DNA of 32,000 nucleotides from Cystobacter fuscus (GTDB lineage Bacteria; Myxococcota; Myxococcia; Myxococcales; Myxococcaceae): NCBI RefSeq assembly GCF_044360685.1, contig NZ_CP043491.1, positions 3,916,026 to 3,948,025 of the forward strand, read 5' to 3'. Shown piece by piece: positions 19,396 to 26,975 of this stretch (position 1 is its first letter; each line of letters starts with the position of its first letter). The notes under the pieces were generated by a model. It saw only the letters and a program-made list of their open reading frames with translations, ran no database searches and was not told where the DNA came from. The position numbers and the translations under genes were made by a program.

Positions 19396-20373
19396 ATGGA
19401 CTGGCGGGCCGAACGAGACCGGGCCCTCTTCTCCCTCGAGCACGACAGGGATCCGCGCCTGCGTGCCGAGGCGGCGGAGCTGCTCTTCCACCTCGCGGCC
19501 GAGGAGGGCTCGCGCGCGCCCGAGCTGGCCTCCGTCCTTCCCCGCCTGCTCGCGGACAAGCAGGTGGCGGTGCGCCGCACCGGCGTGGGCATGGCCACCG
19601 CCGTGCTCCCCGCCGACGAGCTGCCGGGCTTCCTCGCCGCCCGAGCCTCCGACGAGGAGAGCCTCGTGCGTCTGGAGGCCGCCGGGCGGATGGCCGACCT
19701 CGTCCGGGCGGACTGCCGCGGCTCCCTGGCCCGCTTCCTGGAGGATTCCTCCTTCGAGGTCCGCTTCGAGGCCGCGCGCGGCATGGCCTCGCTCCAGCAC
19801 CCCGCCGGGCTCGAGGTGCTCATCCAGGCCCTGGACAAGGAGTTGCTGCGCTTTCGCGCGCTCGGGGCGCTCGCCGAGCTGGGCGACGCGCGCGCCCTGC
19901 CCGCGGTGAAAGCGCTGTTCCACCGGCTGCTGTTGCCCGCGTTCGATCGCACCCAGGCGGCGGGGGTACTCGCGCGGCTGGGCGACCCCGAGGGCTCGGC
20001 GTGGTTGCTCAAGCGCAGCGAGCGGCGGCGGTGGAACTGGGCCCAGGACCGGGCCCTCGCCGTGGAGCTGTGTGGCGAGGTGAAGGCCCCGGGCGCCTTG
20101 GAGCGGCTGCACGCCATCGTCGTGGATCCCCGCGACAAGTGCCGGGGCGCGGCGGCGCGGGGCCTCGGCCGGCTGGGGGATGCGCGCGCCCTGCCGTGGC
20201 TGCTCGCGCTGCTCGATGAACCCGGAGTGCCCGAGGACTTCCGGCTCGATGCCGCCGAGGGCTTGTGGTTGCTCGCCGTTCCCGAGGGCCGGGCGCGGGT
20301 GCGCGCGGCGCTGCCCGCGTTCTCCGCCGAGGCCCGTACCGAGCTCACCGAGCTCATCCAGGAGATGCCATGA
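19396..20373 (+). CDS. HEAT-repeat (PBS-lyase type) protein
   Basis: Track ORF 19198-20373, trimmed to ATG 19396, 6 nt after the metG stop. Repeated R..AA.ALG.LGDARALP.L motifs are present (RALGALAELGDARALPAVKALF and RGLGRLGDARALPWLLALL). Confidence 0.8.
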   Translation: MDWRAERDRALFSLEHDRDPRLRAEAAELLFHLAAEEGSRAPELASVLPRLLADKQVAVRRTGVGMATAVLPADELPGFLAARASDEESLVRLEAAGRMADLVRADCRGSLARFLEDSSFEVRFEAARGMASLQHPAGLEVLIQALDKELLRFRALGALAELGDARALPAVKALFHRLLLPAFDRTQAAGVLARLGDPEGSAWLLKRSERRRWNWAQDRALAVELCGEVKAPGALERLHAIVVDPRDKCRGAAARGLGRLGDARALPWLLALLDEPGVPEDFRLDAAEGLWLLAVPEGRARVRAALPAFSAEARTELTELIQEMP

Positions 20374-21143
20374 AGCTCGTGGATTCGCACTGCCACTTCG
20401 ATCGTTCCGACGCCGAGCGGGTGAACGCCGCGCTGGAGCGCGCCCGGGCCGCGGGCCTGGTGCATGCCGTCATCGTCGGCCAGTTCCAGGGGCCGGGAGA
20501 CTGGGGCGCGGCGCTGGAGATCGCCGCCGCCCACCCGGACTTCTTCACGCCCACGCTCGGCATCCACCCGCATGACGCGGCGAAGGCCACCGAGGCGGAC
20601 TTCGAGCACCTGGCGCGCACCTGTGCCCGGCCGGAGCTCAAGGCGGTGGGGGAGGCGGGGCTGGACTACTACTACGACCACTCGCCCCGGGAGGTGCAGG
20701 CCCAGGTGTTCCGCTGGCAGTGCTCCCTGGCGCGCGAGCTGGGCAAGCCGCTCGTGGTGCATGTGCGCGACGCGCACGAGGACTGCGAGGCCATCCTCAA
20801 GGAGGAGGGCGTGCGGCAGGGCGTCATCCACTGCTTCACCGGGGACACGGAGGCGGCGCGGCGCTACCTGGAGCTGGGCTTCCTGCTGTCACTGTCGGGC
20901 GTCGTCACCTACAAGAAGACCGAGGCGCTCCAGGACGCCGTGCGCTTCGCGCCGCTGGATCGGCTGATGGTGGAGACGGACAGCCCGTACCTGGCGCCGG
21001 TGCCCTACCGGGGCAAGAAGAACGAGCCCTCGTACGTGGTCGAGACGGCGAAGAAGGTGGCCGAGCTCAAGGGCGTCTCCGTGGAGCAGGTGGCCGAGGT
21101 GACGACGGCCAACGCGGCCACGCTGTTCGGCTTCCGCGTGTGA
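20370..21143 (+). CDS. TatD-family metal-dependent hydrolase/DNase
   Basis: Track ORF 20265-21143, trimmed to ATG 20370, which overlaps the HEAT gene stop (ATGA). Motifs MKLVDSHCHF, GEAGLDYYY, HVRDAHED, VIHCFTG and ETDSPYLAP. Confidence 0.93.
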   Translation: MKLVDSHCHFDRSDAERVNAALERARAAGLVHAVIVGQFQGPGDWGAALEIAAAHPDFFTPTLGIHPHDAAKATEADFEHLARTCARPELKAVGEAGLDYYYDHSPREVQAQVFRWQCSLARELGKPLVVHVRDAHEDCEAILKEEGVRQGVIHCFTGDTEAARRYLELGFLLSLSGVVTYKKTEALQDAVRFAPLDRLMVETDSPYLAPVPYRGKKNEPSYVVETAKKVAELKGVSVEQVAEVTTANAATLFGFRV

Positions 21144-21225
21144 TTCATCTGGGTAGGGCTGGAGCCAGGAAAATGCGTCAGGCCTGGCGCTGTGCATGGA
21201 CGTGAAGGCGGAGGATGACCGCCGC

Positions 21226-21774
21226 TCACGTGGATGACGAGGAGATGGGGTCGCCCCAGCGACTCATCCCCGCGTTGATGGGATGAGCATCCGGGCAGTC
21301 CTCGGTTTGAAGCCGGGCTTTGCGCACGATGGTGCAGCCGCACAGCCCGCAGAGCGGCTGTTCCTGGTTTCCCGTCATCTGGTACAGGAGACGTTCGCTG
21401 GGTCTTCTCAGGTGCGGACATCGCAGGCATGCATCGAGCCGCTGCGCGAAGGCCTCGGGACCCACCCTCCGGAAGCCCCCGAGCCCCCAACGAACCAGGG
21501 CTTGAGTGGCGCGCACGAACAGGATGGCGGAAGGAGGACCCGCCTCTTCTGGCGGATGCCGGCCTGCCTCCTCCAGCCACGCGTCCAAGGCCGCTGCATC
21601 GTCACGTCGGGCCATCAACGCATTCATGAAAAGTGGATCGCTGGCCGCCCGGAGCAGAAGCGATTCTGGCATGTCCTTGGGTTGATGGAGTGCCTCTCGG
21701 AGGGCCGCTCCAAAATCCGCCAGGGCTTCGTCCAGATTGCGTTCCGGACGCTGTCCATCGTTCATCGTGCTCAT
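21226..21774 (-). CDS. hypothetical protein: helical N-terminal half plus C-terminal Cys-rich (CxxC...CxxCGC...K...CP...W) zinc-ribbon-like module
   Basis: Track ORF 21226-21819, trimmed to ATG 21774 (GAGG 7 nt upstream). C-terminal block: FAQRLDACLRCPHL...PLCGLCGCTIVRKARLQTEDCPDAHPINAGMSRW. The N-terminal segment SDPLFMNALMARRDDAAALDAWLEEAG weakly recalls Nif11-type helical domains. Confidence 0.6.
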   Translation of the reverse strand: MSTMNDGQRPERNLDEALADFGAALREALHQPKDMPESLLLRAASDPLFMNALMARRDDAAALDAWLEEAGRHPPEEAGPPSAILFVRATQALVRWGLGGFRRVGPEAFAQRLDACLRCPHLRRPSERLLYQMTGNQEQPLCGLCGCTIVRKARLQTEDCPDAHPINAGMSRWGDPISSSST

Positions 21775-21840
21775 TTGCTTGCCTCGCCTGGAGGGCCTCT
21801 CCCCACATGGGGAACACACGTCGGACGTTTGGATCTACAC

Positions 21841-21869
21841 GGGGAGGGCTTCTCGAGAAGCCCTTCCCC
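21841..21869 (-). terminator. GC-rich hairpin between the 118-aa gene and the Cys-rich gene (terminator/attenuator candidate)
   Basis: ggggaGGGCTTCtcgaGAAGCCCttcccc. There is a 7-bp perfect core stem with a tcga loop, extendable to about 12 bp with one bulge. It lies 14 nt after the stop at 21883. There is no U-tract. Confidence 0.45.
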
Positions 21870-21882
21870 AGGGGATACAGCG

Positions 21883-22239
21883 CTACGCTGTCGTGTAGTC
21901 GTACGACTTGTTCTGGCACGAGTCGGTGTTGGTGCCGTTGGAACTGTACTGGATCGTGTAGCTGTTGGAGTTCAGGATGATGGTCACGGCGGTGTCTCCA
22001 CTGTCGATGCTGCAGTAGCAGTTGAACTGGTAGAAATCGCCACCCATCACGAATTGACCACCATAATAGTCCTTGTGGCCAGAGTAGGTCGTCACCGTGC
22101 CCACCGGAACCGAAATGCCATCCGGGATGTTCTGGAACACCTGGGCGTTGGTGTTGTCATTGCAGTAGTGGGCGATGCTGACGGAGTTGATGTTTTGACC
22201 GGTCTTGTTCTGGACCTGCACGTCGAACTGGAAGGACAT
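21883..22239 (-). CDS. small (118 aa) Asn/Ser/Thr/Tyr/Gly-rich, 4-Cys, predicted all-beta protein in a low-GC islet; family unknown (weak aegerolysin/Cry34-like N-terminal motif)
   Basis: Track ORF 21883-22263, trimmed to ATG 22239 (MSFQFDVQVQNKTGQNINSVSIAH...). There is no signal peptide. Hand-counted GC of lines 21901, 21961 and 22021 is 53%, 57% and 48%, against about 63-78% elsewhere. Confidence 0.6.
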   Translation of the reverse strand: MSFQFDVQVQNKTGQNINSVSIAHYCNDNTNAQVFQNIPDGISVPVGTVTTYSGHKDYYGGQFVMGGDFYQFNCYCSIDSGDTAVTIILNSNSYTIQYSSNGTNTDSCQNKSYDYTTA

Positions 22240-22494
22240 GGGAGCGACCTCTGCTGAGTACAACGAGTGAGATGAATGGACTACGTCCAGGGTGCACTGT
22301 GCTTGCCTGATGACTGGGGACTCGCCATCCAGGTGTCGATGGTTTTGGCAGATTCACCGTGGACGGGATGTGACGGCATTCACTTCGTGGGAGTGAGTTC
22401 CATCACACCTCTGGTCGTGAGATGTGGCGATGCAATGGATGCAGGTCGTCCAGGGGGGATGCCAACATGTCGTCGCCGGGCGCCGTGAAACCGT

Positions 22495-22568
22495 CCAGGC
22501 ACTTGAGCAGCTCCGGCCCGGGCAGCTCGTCCCTGCCTCCAGGCACTACCCGCGCGGGCCCGTTGTGC
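22495..22568 (-). pseudogene. 74-bp orphan fragment of the DUF4388-domain coding region (copy of 28040-28113)
   Basis: Hand alignment gives 68/74 identical bases in the same orientation at an offset of 5545 bp. The minus strand translates to *HNGPARVVPGGRDELPGPELLKCL, against HNGPARVVRGGMDELPGPELFKCL (residues 539-562) in the intact gene. An in-frame TAG lies immediately upstream, and homology is lost abruptly on both sides. Confidence 0.85.
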
Positions 22569-22621
22569 TAGATTTACGCTTACGGCGTTCGTTTCCCGGG
22601 CACTTGTGTAGGCTCCGCGCA

Positions 22622-22635
22622 CAGGCGATCGCCTG
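22622..22635. promoter_or_regulatory. 14-bp perfect palindrome CAGGCGATCGCCTG upstream of the cyclase/STAND gene
   Basis: Read directly from the sequence. It ends 65 nt upstream of ATG 22701. Confidence 0.3.
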
Positions 22636-22700
22636 ACACCCGCGATGATGCGAGGGCCGCGCTCGAGGCCCGGGTCCAGTCGCTTGGGGGGAGTGCGCAC

Positions 22701-25700
22701 ATGTGCTGTTTGCAGTGCAACCAGGAGAGTCCCGAGGGCGCGAAGTTCTGCTCGGGGTGCGGCACCCCGCTGGCCGCCCTGTGTGGGGACTGTGGCGCCC
22801 CCAATCAGCTGGACGCCAGGTTCTGTGGCCAGTGTTCCGCTCCGCTCGGCGCGAAGCCGTCCCCCATCGCCGCTTCCGCTCCCGAGGCGGAGCGCCGGCA
22901 ACTCACCGTGCTGTTCTGTGATCTGGTGGGCTCCACGGCGCTCTCCGAACGGCTGGATCCCGAGGAGCTGCGTGAAGTGGTGCGCGCCTATCAGGAGTGC
23001 GGTGCCAGGGTGATTGCCCGCCACGACGGCCACATCGCCCAGTACCTGGGGGATGGACTGCTCGTCTACTTTGGCTATCCGGTGGCCCACGAGGACGATG
23101 GGCTGCGTGCTGTCCGCGCCGGCCTGGAACTCCTCCAGGCGGTGGCCGCGCTGGACGCCCGGGGCCAACGGCTTCAGGTGCGCATTGGCATCCACACCGG
23201 CCTGGTGGTGGTGGGCGAGGTGGGCGGCGGGAAGTTCCGCGAACAGTTGGCGCTCGGGGAAACCCCCAATCTGGCGGCGCGTGTGCAGTCCAAGGCCGAG
23301 CCGGAGACCCTGGTCATCAGCGCCGCCACCAGCCGCCTGGTGCGTGGTTTCTTCGCCCTGGAGGATCTGGGCGAGCACGGACTCAAGGGACTGTCTCGCG
23401 CGACCCGGCTCTACCGGGTGTTGAACGAGACGGGCGCGAGGAGCCGCATGGACGCGGCCACCGCGGATGGGTTCACCCCCTTCGTCGGCCGCGAGCACGA
23501 ACTGGAGGTGCTCGTCGGACACTGGGCTCGCGCCGTCTCGGGAAGCGGTCAGGTGGTCTGCATCCGGGGCGAGCCGGGTATCGGCAAGTCGCGCCTGCTC
23601 CAGATGCTGGGCAGCAGGCTTCCGGAAGGCGAGCACTTCCTGCTCGAGTGCCGCTGCCTGCCCTACTACCAGAACAGCGCCCTGTACCCGGTGATGGAGC
23701 TGTTCGAGCGGCAGCTCGAGCTGCGCAGACTGCCCTCGCCCGTGGAGAAGCTCGCCCGGCTGCGGGAGTTCCTCGCCGGGTACGGACTCGGCTCCCCGGA
23801 GGCGCTGGGGCTGATGGCCTCGCTCCTGTCCCTTCCGCTCGCGGCGAATCCGGTGCTGGAGATTCCGGCCCAGAAGAAGCGCCATCGCACCCTGGAGCTT
23901 CTGGGCGCGCTGCTCTGCGGGTTCGCCGAGCAGCACCCGTTGGTCTTCGTGCTGGAGGACCTGCACTGGGCGGATCCCTCGACGCTGGAGCTGACGCAGC
24001 TCCTGGTCGACCGTGCGTCCTCGGAACGCCTGCTGTGCCTGTTCACCACCCGCCCCGGATTTCATGTGGACTGGGCCGCGGTGCCACACCTGCATGAGCT
24101 GGAGCTGCCCCCGCTGAAGCCAGGTGAAGCGGCCGTGATGGTGGCCCACGTCACGGGCAACAAGTCCCTGCCCGCTGAACTGGAGCGCCAGGTGCTGGCG
24201 CGCAGCGAGGGCACCCCGTTGTTCGTGGAGGAGCTGACCAAGGCCATCCTGGAGGCGGGGGTGCTGCGTGAGCGGGAGAACCGGTATGAACTGGCCGGGC
24301 GTGTTCCCGATGGCCTCATCCCAGTCTCCGTGCACGACTCGCTGATGGCGAGGATCGACCGCTTGGGCCCGAGCAAGCCGCTGGCCCAGCTCGCGGCCAC
24401 CCTGGGGCGCGAGTTCCGCTACGAAGTGCTCAAGGCGGTGGCCGGCAAGGAAGACGAGGTGCTCCAGGGGCACTTGTCCAAGCTGCTGGAGAGCGAGCTG
24501 GTGTACCAGCAGGGGGCCGTGTCCGAGGCCGTCTTCGTCTTCAAGCACGCGCTCATCCGGGATGCCGCCTACGAGTCGCTGTTGCGCAAGACCCGGAAGC
24601 AGTACCACGAGCAGATCGCCCGGACGCTTCAGCACGAGTTCCCGGAGGTGGCCGATACCCAGCCGGAGCTCATGGCGAGCCATTATGAGGGCGCGGAACT
24701 GCCGCGGGACGCCCTCCGCGAATGGGAGAAGGCGGGCCAGCGCGCCATGGTGCGTGGGGCCAACCGCGAGGCCATCGCCCACCTGCGGCGCGCGCTCACG
24801 TTGCTGGAGCAGCTTCCGGAGGAGAAGGCGCGGCTCGAGCTGGAGCTGCCCATGCAACTGGAGCTCGCGGCGGCGCTGATGGCGATCGATGGTTGGGCCT
24901 CGCCCGTGGTGGAAGCGGCATCCTGCCGCGCTCGTGACCTCTGCTATGTCCTGGGCGATCAGGAGCGGTTGCTGCCCGCGTTGTGGTGTCTGTGGACGTT
25001 CCATTTCATCGGGGGCCATCTGGAGCCCGCGTTGGAAACGGCACGGCAGGTCATGGATCTCGCATGGGGCTCGAAGCAGGGCTTGCCAAGGCTCCTCGCG
25101 CACTACGCCATGGGCCAGACGCACCTGTTCCGTGGCGAGTTCCTCGATGCGCGCTGGCATGGTGAACAGGGCCTGTTGCTCTTCGAGCTCGAGCAGGAGC
25201 GCCTCATCACCGGACGGTTCCAGCTCTCCCCGACGATGAACTGCCAGTACACCCTGGCGGCGAGCCTGTGGATGCTTGGCTACCGGGACCAGGCAGAGCG
25301 GGTACTGGAGGAGATGTTCACCCTGGCTCGGACCCTGGGGCACGTGCCCAGCATCGCCAGCGCCATGGGCCCCAGCCTCATGCTGCGCCACTACCAGCAA
25401 GACGTCGAAAGCACCTGGCGCACAGCGCAGGAGTTGTTCGTCCTTTCGAATGAACAGGGCTTTCGGCTCTGGGAGGCGGTCTCATTCACGTACCGCGCCT
25501 GGGCTCACTCCAGACGGGGGGACTCGAGGACCGGCATCACCGAGTTGCGGCAGGGCATCCAGCGCTTCCGAGACATTGGTGGGGGACTCGCCCTCACGGG
25601 GATGTTCGTCATGCTGGGCGAGGTGTTGATGCTGGCGGGCCAGTACGAGGAAGCGCTCGCGGCGCTGGCCGAGGGGATGAGTAACGCCACCACTCGGGGC

Positions 25701-26009
25701 GAGCATCTGTGCGAACCCGAGCTTCACCGCCTGCGGGGCGAGGTCCTGAGAAGGATGGACCGGACGTCGCGGGACGCGGCACGAGGGAGCTTCCAGCAGG
25801 CCATCCGGCTCGCGCGGCATCAGCGTGCCTGGTCACTCGAACTGCGCGCGGTGTTGAGCCTGAGCAAGATGCTCGACGAGGACGGTCAGCAGGTCGAGGC
25901 CGTCGAATTGCTGCGGGACATCTACAGCGGGTTCACCGAGGGCTTGAACACCCCGGACCTGTGCGAGGCACGAGCCCTCCTCGAGAAACTCCGCCGCCAG
26001 GCGGGCTGA
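22701..26009 (+). CDS. multidomain signalling protein: double zinc ribbon, class III adenylate/guanylate cyclase, STAND/AAA ATPase, TPR-like C-terminal region
   Basis: 1102 aa; ATG preceded by GGGGGAG. Four CxxC pairs are present (CLQC, CSGC, CGDC, CGQC). Cyclase motifs: LTVLFCDLVGST, YLGDGLLVYFG, VRIGIHTGLVVVGEVG, GETPNLAARV. Walker A is IRGEPGIGKSRL and Walker B is LVFVLEDLHWAD. The C-terminal half of about 450 residues is helical and repeat-like. Confidence 0.92.
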   Translation: MCCLQCNQESPEGAKFCSGCGTPLAALCGDCGAPNQLDARFCGQCSAPLGAKPSPIAASAPEAERRQLTVLFCDLVGSTALSERLDPEELREVVRAYQECGARVIARHDGHIAQYLGDGLLVYFGYPVAHEDDGLRAVRAGLELLQAVAALDARGQRLQVRIGIHTGLVVVGEVGGGKFREQLALGETPNLAARVQSKAEPETLVISAATSRLVRGFFALEDLGEHGLKGLSRATRLYRVLNETGARSRMDAATADGFTPFVGREHELEVLVGHWARAVSGSGQVVCIRGEPGIGKSRLLQMLGSRLPEGEHFLLECRCLPYYQNSALYPVMELFERQLELRRLPSPVEKLARLREFLAGYGLGSPEALGLMASLLSLPLAANPVLEIPAQKKRHRTLELLGALLCGFAEQHPLVFVLEDLHWADPSTLELTQLLVDRASSERLLCLFTTRPGFHVDWAAVPHLHELELPPLKPGEAAVMVAHVTGNKSLPAELERQVLARSEGTPLFVEELTKAILEAGVLRERENRYELAGRVPDGLIPVSVHDSLMARIDRLGPSKPLAQLAATLGREFRYEVLKAVAGKEDEVLQGHLSKLLESELVYQQGAVSEAVFVFKHALIRDAAYESLLRKTRKQYHEQIARTLQHEFPEVADTQPELMASHYEGAELPRDALREWEKAGQRAMVRGANREAIAHLRRALTLLEQLPEEKARLELELPMQLELAAALMAIDGWASPVVEAASCRARDLCYVLGDQERLLPALWCLWTFHFIGGHLEPALETARQVMDLAWGSKQGLPRLLAHYAMGQTHLFRGEFLDARWHGEQGLLLFELEQERLITGRFQLSPTMNCQYTLAASLWMLGYRDQAERVLEEMFTLARTLGHVPSIASAMGPSLMLRHYQQDVESTWRTAQELFVLSNEQGFRLWEAVSFTYRAWAHSRRGDSRTGITELRQGIQRFRDIGGGLALTGMFVMLGEVLMLAGQYEEALAALAEGMSNATTRGEHLCEPELHRLRGEVLRRMDRTSRDAARGSFQQAIRLARHQRAWSLELRAVLSLSKMLDEDGQQVEAVELLRDIYSGFTEGLNTPDLCEARALLEKLRRQAG

Positions 26010-26016
26010 CCGAGGC

Positions 26017-26049
26017 CAGCGAGCCCGGAGCGTAGCGGAAGTCGGCCTG
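26017..26049 (-). pseudogene. 33-bp orphan fragment of the signalling-gene 3-prime end (copy of 27864-27896)
   Basis: 31/33 identical bases, including a 19-nt exact run (cgtagcggaagtcggcctg), in the same orientation at an offset of 1847 bp. The minus strand encodes QADFRYAPGSL, against QADFRYDPDSL (residues 611-621). It begins 8 nt after the cyclase stop codon. Confidence 0.7.
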
Positions 26050-26060
26050 TGGGGCCCGGC

Positions 26061-26975
26061 TCAATCCAGGAAGCGGCGCTCCCAGCGGCGAAGCTCTTCG
26101 GGGACCTCTTCGTTCGGCAGATAGCGTCGTTGATAGAGGAAGGGCTCCAGGACGCGCGCCAGTTCCCGGTAGGCGGGGAGCGTGCGTCCCTCCTCGAGGT
26201 CACCGGCGTCAGGATGGGCGCCGAGGGTGACGACGGCCCGCCCCTCCTCCATTTCCTGAACGGTGATGTCTGGCGAGTGCAAGCGGACTCGGAGGCCCGC
26301 GATGCCCCCCAATGCGTCCAGCACGGGAGGGCCCAGGAAGTTCAGCCAATGTACACCGTCGACCCTCGTTCCAATGTCCAGGGTGGGAAGGGCAGAACGC
26401 GCGATGTCCATGCCTGGATACCGGTTCGCTCTCGCGCGGGACACCTTCTCCAGAGACAGGAGGTCGCTCTGGGCATGAAGGGAGAGGCCTGCATGCCCAG
26501 AGCAGAAAGGAAAGCACGACGCCATTTCCATCACGAGTTCACGCACTTGCGCGAAGCCGCGCTCTTTCAGGTACTCCGTGGGCAGCCAGCAAGACATCGC
26601 CGAGACCCATGTCGAAGTGTCTCTGATGAAGGGGAGGGGAGTAAACGAGCTGCCATGGTAGATGAAGCGATAGCGGGCTTGGACGGCCGAGGTGTCTGCC
26701 AGCTCAATATGGGCTTGGGTGGGATGTCGAAGCTCATCTCGGATGTGCTTCCAGGCGGTGGAATCGAGATTTTGCCAGTACCCGTCCAGGTCTGCGTACA
26801 AGCCAAGCGCACCGGGCTCCACCGCGTTCAGATAAAGTTCGAGCGAGCGCAGGGCCCCTTTCACTATCTGCGCGTGAGAGTGCCGTGTATAGAGTGTAAT
26901 GCTGAATCCGTCTCGAAGGACCAGTAGTCCCTTCTCTGAATAGATGCGAATATGGGGCCAGGGCTCGCTACTCAT
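26061..26975 (-). CDS. DUF3396-like immunity protein (family I recall as type VI immunity to VRR-Nuc/PD-(D/E)xK toxins, 'TsiV')
   Basis: Track ORF 26061-27101, trimmed to ATG 26975, which overlaps the toxin stop by 8 nt. The C-terminal pattern GVHWLNFLGPPVLDALGG...VVTLGAHPDAGDLEEGRTLPAYRELARVLEP...LRRWERRFLD matches my memory of the DUF3396 consensus (VNWLT.LG...LGG...aG..P..GD...P.aY...W..RF). GC is about 57% (line 26701). Confidence 0.75.
   Translation of the reverse strand: MSSEPWPHIRIYSEKGLLVLRDGFSITLYTRHSHAQIVKGALRSLELYLNAVEPGALGLYADLDGYWQNLDSTAWKHIRDELRHPTQAHIELADTSAVQARYRFIYHGSSFTPLPFIRDTSTWVSAMSCWLPTEYLKERGFAQVRELVMEMASCFPFCSGHAGLSLHAQSDLLSLEKVSRARANRYPGMDIARSALPTLDIGTRVDGVHWLNFLGPPVLDALGGIAGLRVRLHSPDITVQEMEEGRAVVTLGAHPDAGDLEEGRTLPAYRELARVLEPFLYQRRYLPNEEVPEELRRWERRFLD

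Noticed and set aside
21144-21225. Candidate terminator GCCAGG…CCTGGC between tatD and the convergent Cys-rich gene. Also a GAGCCCGG/CCCGGCTC pairing at 26021-26062.
   Set aside because: The stems are short or imperfect (6 bp with a 13-nt loop, and 6/8 matches) and there are no U-tracts, so the evidence is not strong enough to annotate.
21226-21774. Idea that the Nif11-like N-terminal segment marks a RiPP precursor (Nif11/NHLP-type leader with Cys-rich core).
   Set aside because: At 182 aa the protein is much longer than such precursors. The similarity is limited to one helical segment, there is no GG-type cleavage motif that I can see, and no maturation enzymes (cyclodehydratase, lanthipeptide synthetase, radical SAM, C39 transporter) are nearby.
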